Shown here one piece after another: positions 55,676 through 64,000 of a stretch of 64,000 nt of DNA. Positions within the stretch are counted from its first letter, which is position 1. Each line of letters begins with the position of its first letter. This DNA is from Gemmatimonadales bacterium. GTDB taxonomy: Bacteria > Gemmatimonadota > Gemmatimonadetes > Gemmatimonadales > GWC2-71-9. The notes beneath the pieces are model-generated. The model was not told the origin of the DNA. It made no database searches and saw only the letters and a program-made list of their open reading frames with translations. The DNA lies in assembly GCA_039934355.1 (NCBI GenBank), contig JBDTMI010000004.1, forward strand, positions 60,750-124,749, in the 5' to 3' direction. The position numbers were made by a program, and so were the translations under genes.

Positions 55676-57042
55676 CCCGACGACTGCTCGTGGTGGACGA
55701 CGAGCCTGGGATCCGGGCGGCGCTCAAGCAAGTCCTCGAGTACGAGGGGATCGAGGTCAAACTCGCTTCCTCCGGTGGCGAAGGGCTCAGACTGTTCGAA
55801 GAGTTCCGTCCCAATGTCGTGGTCCTCGACGTCAAGATGGCCGGACTCGACGGCCTTAACACCCTGGCCCGGCTGCGCGAACTCAACCCAGACGCGACGG
55901 TCGTGATGATCTCCGGCCACGGAACCATCGCCACCGCCATTGAAGCCACCCGACGCGGCGCCTTCGACTTCCTGGAGAAGCCCCTCGACAGTGACCGGCT
56001 GCTCCTGACCATCCGCAACGCGATGGCGCATGCCGCGCTGGCGGGGGAAAACACCCGCTTCCGACGGGAGGTGGTCGCCCGGCATGAGATGATCGGCGGC
56101 AGTCGCGCGCTCAAGGAAGTGCGGGATGTCGTCACCCGGGTCAGTCCCACAACGGCGCGCGTGCTGATCACCGGGGAGAGCGGTACCGGGAAGGAACTGG
56201 TGGCGCGCGCTATCCACGATGGCTCCCCCCGACACGACCGCCGCTTCGTCGAGGTCAACTGTGCCGCCATCCCCTCGGAGCTGATCGAGAGCGAACTGTT
56301 CGGTCACATGAAGGGCTCCTTTACTGGCGCCGTGTCCGATCGGGAGGGCAAGTTCGAGCAGGCCGATGGTGGCACGCTCTTCCTGGATGAGATCGGGGAC
56401 ATGTCGCCTGCCGCGCAGGCCAAGGTGCTGCGGGCGCTGCAGGAGGGCGTGGTGACCCGGATCGGCGGCAACAAGCCCGTGACGGTTGACGTCCGCGTCC
56501 TGGCGGCCACTAACAAGCCTGTGGAGGAGGAGATCGCGTCGGGGCGTTTCCGCGAGGACCTTTACTATCGTCTCAACGTGGTCCCCATCCACGTGCCGGC
56601 GCTGCGCGACCGCCGGGAGGATATCCCGGCACTGGTCGCCTACTTCGTGAAGCGCATTGCCGGCGGTGCCGCGGTCAAGGGAAAGATGTTTGAGCCGGCC
56701 GCCCTCGAGCGGCTGCAGGAACGTCACTGGGCTGGCAATGTGCGCGAGCTGCGGAACGCCGTGGAGCGGCTCCTGATCCTCGCGCCGGGCAAGGCGGTGC
56801 GGGCGTTCGATGTCAGCCGTCTGCTGGGCGAGAGCACGATCGCGGAGACCATCGGCGAAGTGTCCACCGCCAAGTACGGGACCTTCGAAGCGTTCCGGGA
56901 GGATGTGGAACGGATGTGGCTTGCCGGGAAGCTGAAAGAGAACGACTGGAACATCACGGAGACGGCGAAAGTCCTGAAGATGCCGCGCTCCAATCTGTAC
57001 AAGAAACTCGAGCAGTTCGGCATTGCGAGGGATGAGTCATGA
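55672..57042 (+). CDS. Sigma-54-dependent Fis-family response regulator (NtrC/NtrX type)
   Basis: The ATG at 55672 gives 456 aa. Receiver domain (LLVVDDEPGIR...VVLDVKMAGLDG...EKP). AAA+ domain with GESGTGKE and GSFTGA (GAFTGA variant). C-terminal HTH ETAKVLKMPRSNLYKKLEQFGI. Confidence 0.95.
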   Translation: MTRRLLVVDDEPGIRAALKQVLEYEGIEVKLASSGGEGLRLFEEFRPNVVVLDVKMAGLDGLNTLARLRELNPDATVVMISGHGTIATAIEATRRGAFDFLEKPLDSDRLLLTIRNAMAHAALAGENTRFRREVVARHEMIGGSRALKEVRDVVTRVSPTTARVLITGESGTGKELVARAIHDGSPRHDRRFVEVNCAAIPSELIESELFGHMKGSFTGAVSDREGKFEQADGGTLFLDEIGDMSPAAQAKVLRALQEGVVTRIGGNKPVTVDVRVLAATNKPVEEEIASGRFREDLYYRLNVVPIHVPALRDRREDIPALVAYFVKRIAGGAAVKGKMFEPAALERLQERHWAGNVRELRNAVERLLILAPGKAVRAFDVSRLLGESTIAETIGEVSTAKYGTFEAFREDVERMWLAGKLKENDWNITETAKVLKMPRSNLYKKLEQFGIARDES

Positions 57043-57509
57043 GCGACCAGCCTCGGAACTGGGACAAGGAGATGGCCGACATCGACCGGCTGATGGCGAA
57101 TCCCTCTGCCCAGCCTCCGGTAAAGAGCGGCGGCCTGGCTGCGCCCGTCGCGCGCGGCGGCACATTTCCCGTGGCCACCGGGGGGCGGATGACGACTTTC
57201 ACCACCTGGCTGCGGGTCCTGCTCGGCGTCGGTCTCGCTGTGGGGATGACGCAGTGGCCCTACCCGACGGCCTGCGGGTTCAACCTCGCCGTGTACCTCG
57301 GTGCCATCTCGACCGTGGTCGTCGCCGGTCTCTGGAGCAGTGTGACCTCCTGGCAGCGGCGGCTCGGTCTGGCCCACGTACTCTCCATGCTGGTCCTGCT
57401 CTGGGGCCTGGTACTTTCCGCGCGAGAAATACTGCCGCGGATCGGTTACGCCCGCCACGCCCGGGTCTGGAATTGCCCGACGGGGAACAGCGTCGAGGCA
57501 CCGCAGTAA
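57039..57509 (+). CDS. Hypothetical membrane protein
   Basis: 156 aa. ATGA overlap with the regulator stop. Soluble N-terminal region followed by about 3 TM helices. No family recognised. Confidence 0.6.
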   Translation: MSDQPRNWDKEMADIDRLMANPSAQPPVKSGGLAAPVARGGTFPVATGGRMTTFTTWLRVLLGVGLAVGMTQWPYPTACGFNLAVYLGAISTVVVAGLWSSVTSWQRRLGLAHVLSMLVLLWGLVLSAREILPRIGYARHARVWNCPTGNSVEAPQ

Positions 57510-57576
57510 GAGGGGCCGTTCACCGTTAGTCGTCCGCCGTCAATTGCCAGCTCAGTTCCCCCTCGCCTCGCTCACG

Positions 57577-59064
57577 ATGCCCTCCACATTCAAGAACCTG
57601 ATCGACGGGAAGTGGGTCGCCCCCTCCACCCGGCGCTATCTCGAGAATCGTAATCCGGCCGACATGCGGGATCTCATCGGTCGCTTCCCCGACTCCGCCG
57701 CCGACGATGTGCAGCGTGCCGTGGCGTCCGCGCTCGGCGCCTTCCCGCGCTGGCGGCGGGTGCCGGCCCCGGCGCGGGGAGACCTGTTGCGTCGTCTCGG
57801 GGATCTGCTGGCGCGGGACAAGGAATCGCTCGCCAACGGGATGACGCGCGAGATGGGCAAGGTGCTCGCGGAGGCGCGCGGGGACGTCCAGGAAGGCATT
57901 GATACCGCCTACTACGCCGGCAGCGAATGCCGACGCCTGTTCGGCAAGACGGTGCCGAGCGAACTGCGCGACAAGTGGGCGATGAGCTGGCGTCGCCCGA
58001 TCGGGGTCTGCGGGCTGATCGCGCCCTTCAACTTCCCGCTGGCGATCCCGACCTGGAAGATGTTTCCCGCGCTCGCCTGCGGAAACACGGTGGTCCTGAA
58101 GCCCTCGGAGGATGTGCCGCACACCGCGCACCGCCTGGTGGAACTGGCGCTTGAAGCCGGCTTCCCGCCGGACGTGATCCAGCTGGTACACGGACGCGGG
58201 GCATCGGTCGGCCGTGCGCTGGTGGAACATCCCGACGTGCCGGTGATCTCATTCACCGGCTCGACGGCCACGGGGTCGGAGATCGGTGAGAGCTGCGGTC
58301 GGCAGCACAAGCGGCTCTCGCTCGAGATGGGAGGCAAGAATGCCGTGATCGTGCTGGACGATGCCGATCTGGACCTCGCCGTCGATGGCGTGCTCTGGGG
58401 TGCGTTCGGAACAACGGGCCAGCGATGCACAGCGACAAGTCGTCTGCTCCTGCACAAGAAGGTGCACGATCGCTTCCTGGCGCGGCTGATCGAGCGGACC
58501 GAGCGGCTGCGGCTGGGCGACGGGAGGAAGCGAGGGGTCGACGTCGGTCCGCTGATCCACGAGGCCGCGCTGCACAAGGTCGAGTCGTACGTCGCCCTCG
58601 GTCGCGGGGAAGGGGCGACGCTGGAAACCGGGGGCCGCCGTCCGCGTCGTGCCGGGCTGACCCATGGGTGGTTCATCGAGCCGGCGATCTTCACCGGGGT
58701 TCGGCCGGAGATGTGCATTGCCCAGGAAGAGATCTTCGGACCGGTGCTCTCGGTGATCCGCATTGGCTCGCTGGCCGAGGCACTGACCGTCGCCAACGGC
58801 GTCCGCTACGGGCTGTCGAGTTCCCTCTACACCGGAAACGTGCGGGCGGCGTTCCAGGCCATGGAGTCGCTCGACACCGGCATCACCTACATCAACGCGC
58901 CGACGATCGGCGCCGAGGCGCACCTGCCATTCGGCGGGGTGAAGCAGACAGGGAACGGGCACCGCGAAGGCGGCTGGGGAGTGTACGATTTCTATTCCGA
59001 GGTCAAAGTCGGCTATGTCGACTACTCGGGAACGCTGCAGCGGGCCCAGATCGACAACTACTAG
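57577..59064 (+). CDS. NAD(P)-dependent aldehyde dehydrogenase family protein
   Basis: The ATG at 57577 (MPSTFKNLIDGKWV) gives 495 aa. FNFPLAI, SLEMGGKN (catalytic Glu) and GQRCTATSR (catalytic Cys) motifs. Substrate not assignable. Confidence 0.9.
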   Translation: MPSTFKNLIDGKWVAPSTRRYLENRNPADMRDLIGRFPDSAADDVQRAVASALGAFPRWRRVPAPARGDLLRRLGDLLARDKESLANGMTREMGKVLAEARGDVQEGIDTAYYAGSECRRLFGKTVPSELRDKWAMSWRRPIGVCGLIAPFNFPLAIPTWKMFPALACGNTVVLKPSEDVPHTAHRLVELALEAGFPPDVIQLVHGRGASVGRALVEHPDVPVISFTGSTATGSEIGESCGRQHKRLSLEMGGKNAVIVLDDADLDLAVDGVLWGAFGTTGQRCTATSRLLLHKKVHDRFLARLIERTERLRLGDGRKRGVDVGPLIHEAALHKVESYVALGRGEGATLETGGRRPRRAGLTHGWFIEPAIFTGVRPEMCIAQEEIFGPVLSVIRIGSLAEALTVANGVRYGLSSSLYTGNVRAAFQAMESLDTGITYINAPTIGAEAHLPFGGVKQTGNGHREGGWGVYDFYSEVKVGYVDYSGTLQRAQIDNY

Positions 59065-59065
59065 C

Positions 59066-59185
59066 GGTCAGCAGTCAGCGGCCAGCATTCAGCGGCCCTC
59101 CAGTCACCCCGCCGGGGCTCGCCGATTAGCGGTCGTCGTCGCCCGATCGACACCTGCTGAATGCTGACGGCTGAACGCTGAAAGC
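59066..59185. repeat. 120-bp imperfect palindrome with arms made of (T)CAGC pentamer iterations
   Basis: An 11-bp perfect core (59083-59093 with 59156-59166, CAGCATTCAGC) extends outward to 59068/59181, about 26 positions per arm with a few mismatches. 62-nt loop. Begins 2 nt after the aldehyde dehydrogenase stop. Confidence 0.75.
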
Positions 59186-59271
59186 TCCATGCCAATTGCT
59201 CCTTGCGCCCCTTTTTTCGCCCGGCTAAGGTTCTCCAGTAGAATTTTCCTGCCGGTGGTGAGGCCCCGCAC

Positions 59272-60144
59272 ATGCGACCCATGCGAGTTGGTTCAGGCAA
59301 GCGAGGCTCGTCGAGTTTCGACGAGGGTTCGCTTGACCAGTATCTCCGCGAGATCAGCCGGTATCCGCTGATCAATCAGGAGGAGGAGGTTCGTCTCGCC
59401 CAATGCATTCGCGCTGGCGATGCCGAGGGCCTGGACAAGCTGGTCCGCAGCAACCTCCGCTTCGTCGTCTCCGTCGCCAAGAAATACCAGAACCAGGGTG
59501 TCTCGCTCTCCGATCTCATCAACGAAGGCAACCTCGGTCTGATCCGCGCCGCCCACAAGTTTGACGAGACCAAAGGGATCAAGTTCATCTCGTACGCAGT
59601 GTGGTGGATCAGGCAGGCCATCCTCCAGGCGCTGGCGGAGCAGAGCCGGATCGTCCGCGTCCCGCTCAACCGGGCTGGAACCCTGCACCGGATCGGCAAG
59701 CGGTCGGCGGCGCTGCTGCAGGAACTCGGACGGGAACCGACGCCGGCGGAAATCGCCGAGGGCATGGATATCACGATCGAGGAGGTGCAGAAGACGCTCT
59801 CGATCAGCCAGACCCATCTCTCCCTCGATGCGCCGCTGACCCCGGGCGAGGACAACAAGCTGCTCGACTACCTGCCGGATCTGGTGAATGCCGGACCCGA
59901 TGCGGAGACCTTCGAGAAGGCGCTGACGGAATCGATCGAGGAAGTCCTGTCTTCGCTGAAGGAACGGGAGGCCAAGATTCTCCGGCTGTATTTCGGCCTC
60001 GACGGACCGGAACCCATGACGCTGGAGGAAATCGGCGGACAGCTCGGGATCACCCGGGAGCGGGTGCGTCAGATCAAGGAAAAGGCGCTGACGCGGCTGC
60101 GCCATGTCAGCCGGGCCCGCGCCCTCGAGAGTTTTCTGTCCTGA
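59272..60144 (+). CDS. rpoD: RNA polymerase sigma-70 family factor, short Bacteroidetes-type RpoD architecture (no region 1.1)
   Basis: 290 aa. LDQYLREISRYPLI (region 1.2), NLRFVVSVAKKYQNQG, DLINEGNLGLIRAAHKFD, KFISYAVWWIRQAILQALAEQSRIVRVPLN (regions 2.3-2.4/3.0), and LEEIGGQLGITRERVRQIKEKALTRLRH (region 4.2). Confidence 0.85.
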   Translation: MRPMRVGSGKRGSSSFDEGSLDQYLREISRYPLINQEEEVRLAQCIRAGDAEGLDKLVRSNLRFVVSVAKKYQNQGVSLSDLINEGNLGLIRAAHKFDETKGIKFISYAVWWIRQAILQALAEQSRIVRVPLNRAGTLHRIGKRSAALLQELGREPTPAEIAEGMDITIEEVQKTLSISQTHLSLDAPLTPGEDNKLLDYLPDLVNAGPDAETFEKALTESIEEVLSSLKEREAKILRLYFGLDGPEPMTLEEIGGQLGITRERVRQIKEKALTRLRHVSRARALESFLS

Positions 60145-60165
60145 ACGGCCGGACCCCGGCTGCCG

Positions 60166-60573
60166 TCAGCGTCGTCGCAACGACGCGACCAGCATCATGC
60201 CGAGGTTGGCTCCCGCACACGCTCCTCCCGCGATCAGCAGTCCCCGTCCGGCCTCCCGCAGGAAATCGAATTCCTTCACGCTCAATCCCACCAGCAGCAC
60301 CTTGATCGACAGCAGTGTGATCGCGGACGAAAACAGGATGACCTGCAACAGCAGCAGCGGTCGATAGCCCAGCCCGCCATAGAGCCAGTAAAGGGCGGCA
60401 GCGGCAAGGAGCCACGCCAGGATTGCGGTGCGGGTGGTCTGGCCCAGCGGCAGGGCCCGGATCAGCGGGCCGATGACGACAAGGGCGACAAGCCAGAGCG
60501 CCAGGCGGACACTCGCCGCCCTGAGTTCGCTGGGGGTCGCCTGTTCTGCCGTGTGTTCTGCTGGTCCGGGCAT
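60166..60573 (-). CDS. Hypothetical membrane protein (4 TM helices)
   Basis: 135 aa hydrophobic ORF downstream of metX on the same strand. No family recognised. Confidence 0.55.
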   Translation of the reverse strand: MPGPAEHTAEQATPSELRAASVRLALWLVALVVIGPLIRALPLGQTTRTAILAWLLAAAALYWLYGGLGYRPLLLLQVILFSSAITLLSIKVLLVGLSVKEFDFLREAGRGLLIAGGACAGANLGMMLVASLRRR

Positions 60574-60606
60574 GCGCGCCGCCTGTGAGATGTCCCTTCC
60601 AGCCCG

Positions 60607-61650
60607 CTATCTCGCTTCGCCCGCGGGGATCCGAAGCAATCGTTCGACCTGATCGAATTCGATCAGGAACGCATCGTGCCCGTAGATGCTGCCGATCTGT
60701 TCGTACCGGGCCACCGCGCCCGCGGCCGCATAGGCCGCGACCCAGCCGCGCACCTCGGCCGGATAATATAGAATGTCGGTGTCGATCCCGACCCCCACGA
60801 CCTCGCCCACGCACCCCGCCGTCTGGCGTGCGGCCGCGGCCAGGTCGCCGACATCATGCGTGTCCATCGCCTGCATCAGGGCGACATAGCTGCGGGCGTC
60901 GAACCGCTCCACGAGTTTCTGGCCATGTCGCCGCAGGTAGTGGTCGACATCGAATCGTCCCGGGTCGCGGGTCTGCCGCCGCCCGAAGCGCTGCTCGAAT
61001 TCCGTCACGGACCGATAGGTGATCATGGCGATCGCGCGGGCCGCAGCGAGCCCGGCCGCGGGCCCTGCGCCAGCGGGGTACTCCCCTCGCTCCCAGGCCG
61101 GATCGGCTTCGATCGCCATCCGTTGCGCAACATTCCATCCGATGGCTTGTGCGCTGGTGCGCACTGGCGCTGCGAACACGACCAGGCGATCCACCGGCAC
61201 TGGTGTGACGCACCCCCACTGCAACGCGACCATCCCGCCGAGGGAACCCCCGGTGGCCAGGGCGATGCGCTGGATACCAAGTGACTCGATCAGCCGGACG
61301 TGTGCCCGGGCCAGGTCCGCGGTGGTGAGGGTGGGGAAGGTACCGTCCGTGATACTCACGGGACCGGAGGATCCGTAGCAACTGCCCAGCAGATTCGCCG
61401 CGACGACCGCATGTCGGGTGGTGTCGAGCGCACGACCCGGGCCCAGCACCGGTGCCCACCAGTCGTCGATGTCCGCGCTGCCGGTCAGTGCATGAAATAC
61501 CAGTATCCAGCCGTTCGCGTGTCCCAGCGACGGGTCACCGAAGACGCGGTAGCGCAGGCGGGCATCCCGGATCACTCCGCCTGACTCGGGGTGGAAGTCT
61601 CCCAGTGGGAGCTCCACGGGCAGCCCACGCAGCGGGCCCGCGACGGTCAT
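60607..61650 (-). CDS. metX: Homoserine O-acetyltransferase
   Basis: ILVFHALTGSADIDDWW, nucleophile elbow GGSLGGMVALQW, C-terminal YGHDAFLIE. I prefer the ATG at 61650 (347 aa), which avoids a 41-nt overlap with ask; the ORF track gives 61704. Confidence 0.9.
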   Translation of the reverse strand: MTVAGPLRGLPVELPLGDFHPESGGVIRDARLRYRVFGDPSLGHANGWILVFHALTGSADIDDWWAPVLGPGRALDTTRHAVVAANLLGSCYGSSGPVSITDGTFPTLTTADLARAHVRLIESLGIQRIALATGGSLGGMVALQWGCVTPVPVDRLVVFAAPVRTSAQAIGWNVAQRMAIEADPAWERGEYPAGAGPAAGLAAARAIAMITYRSVTEFEQRFGRRQTRDPGRFDVDHYLRRHGQKLVERFDARSYVALMQAMDTHDVGDLAAAARQTAGCVGEVVGVGIDTDILYYPAEVRGWVAAYAAAGAVARYEQIGSIYGHDAFLIEFDQVERLLRIPAGEAR

Positions 61651-61663
61651 CGACACTGGTCGG

Positions 61664-62679
61664 TCACGACGCGCGCGCGATCTGTCGGGGGAGTGGCGGG
61701 ACAAAAATGCTGTGGATGACCCGCGTCGCCGCGCCCGCCTGCTCGGCCGGAACCAGAAAGCGGGGGCCGTCCGGACCAGGGTGAATGTCGAGCAGCGGAA
61801 TGAAGGCGGCTCGCAGCGCTTCCCGGATCAGTTCCCAGGTCCCGGAGGGGGGAGTGATTCCCGCGGCGATGGCGGAAATCTCCGCGATCTCGCCCTTGAT
61901 GTTCGTCGCCACCGCACGCAATCCGTCGCGTGGCGTATCGGCGGTGATCCGCGTCTCGCTGGCCTCGCTGGCGAGCGACACGAACTCGAGCGGGAGCGAC
62001 TCGGAGTGTGCGAGGCGTGCGGCGTCAGGCTGAACCACCTGTGCGCCGGCGGTCGTGAGTGCGCAGAGGAAGGCGTGCGAAGCGCAGGGTATGGCCTGCG
62101 CGTCGGCCACGAGTTTGGGATCGGCAGTGCGGAGGCCTTCCGTATCCTTCACGAACACCAGGCGCGGACTCCGCAGTGCGGCGGCCAGCGCGACCGCCGA
62201 AGTATCGGTGCCGCCCCGGCCCAGGGTTACGACTCGCCCGCGACGCCAGCCCTGGAAACCGGCGATGACCGGAAGTTCACCCCGCGCGAGGCGTCGGAGG
62301 ACCCGGCCGGTCTCGATCTTGCGGATGCGTGCCCGGCCGAAGCTGCCAGCGCCGAGGACCCCCGCCTCCCGGGCGTCAAGCGAGACCGCCGGAATTCCGA
62401 GTTCATCCAGTGCCAGTGCGAGCAGCGCGGCGGAGACCACTTCACCGGTCGCGAGGGCACGATCTGCTTCGGCGTGCGGGCGAGTACTGCCACCGGTGGC
62501 GTCCCGGATCTCCCGAACCAGGCCAAGGAGGTGATCGGTGACGCCGCGGCGGGCGCTCGCCACCGCCACGACCGGTCCCTCGGCGGCCAACCGGCGGATC
62601 CGCTCTGCCGCGGCGAGGATGCGCGCGGGGGAGGCGAGCGCGTCGCCCCCGAGCTTGATCACGATCGGACGCTCAGGCA

Positions 62680-62680
<1 letters not shown>
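61664..62680 (-). CDS. Aspartate kinase-like amino-acid kinase (short form, apparently one ACT-like C-terminal domain)
   Basis: 338 aa. VIKLGGDALASP N-terminus, RGGTDTSAVALAAAL and VKDTEGLRTADPK motifs of the aspartokinase fold. The start overlaps the metY stop by 1 nt. Confidence 0.75.

Positions 62681-64000
<1,320 letters not shown>

Overview
GC-rich bacterial chromosomal segment. Codons are strongly G/C-ending, and most real genes carry long arginine/proline-rich antisense shadow ORFs. I recognise about 55 protein-coding genes, densely packed and often translationally coupled through ATGA/GTGA overlaps. All calls rest on motif recognition and remembered homologues; no searches were run.

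Gene content, left to right:
- Class II aldolase (cut by the window edge), YtxH, YihY, an M14 carboxypeptidase, and a sugar nucleotidyltransferase + kinase pair, convergent with an SSF symporter.
- A structured RNA candidate (possible SRP RNA), then dnaX-ybaB-recR, a small ORF, mglB-mglA, pgsA, cinA, a hybrid PAS histidine kinase, and grpE-dnaJ.
- A minus-strand run from about 38.9 kb to 20.9 kb: secreted hypothetical, TolC, adaptor, ABC ATPase, four FtsX permeases, DUF4349 lipoprotein, bshB1-like, cysteine desulfurase, mnmA, S9 peptidase, DUF360, ppk1.
- A giant NtrY-like kinase, an orphan ORF, comM, a 21-bp tandem repeat array, and a decayed glycan-utilisation patch around an intact malQ.
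- NicO/MgtC transporters, a LEA_2-like lipoprotein, tsaC, arfB, clpP, larE, an NtrC-type regulator, an aldehyde dehydrogenase, a short Bacteroidetes-type sigma-70 factor, and metX-ask-metY (metY cut by the window end).

I recognised no rRNA, tRNA, CRISPR array, transposase or phage structural gene. The short sigma-A architecture, BshB1, MglAB and the many FtsX permeases suggest a Gemmatimonadota/FCB-group organism; this is inference only.

Most notable observations:
1. A 7 x 21-bp iteron-like/heptad tandem array next to three neighbouring gene remnants.
2. An A-B-A-B duplicated permease set sharing one ATPase, adaptor and TolC.
3. An MglB-MglA module whose MglA carries a roughly 31-residue insertion.
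4. A roughly 14-TM orphan NtrY-like kinase.
5. A lipoprotein gene with no canonical start codon.

I did not find a clear-cut novel multi-gene system such as a defence island.
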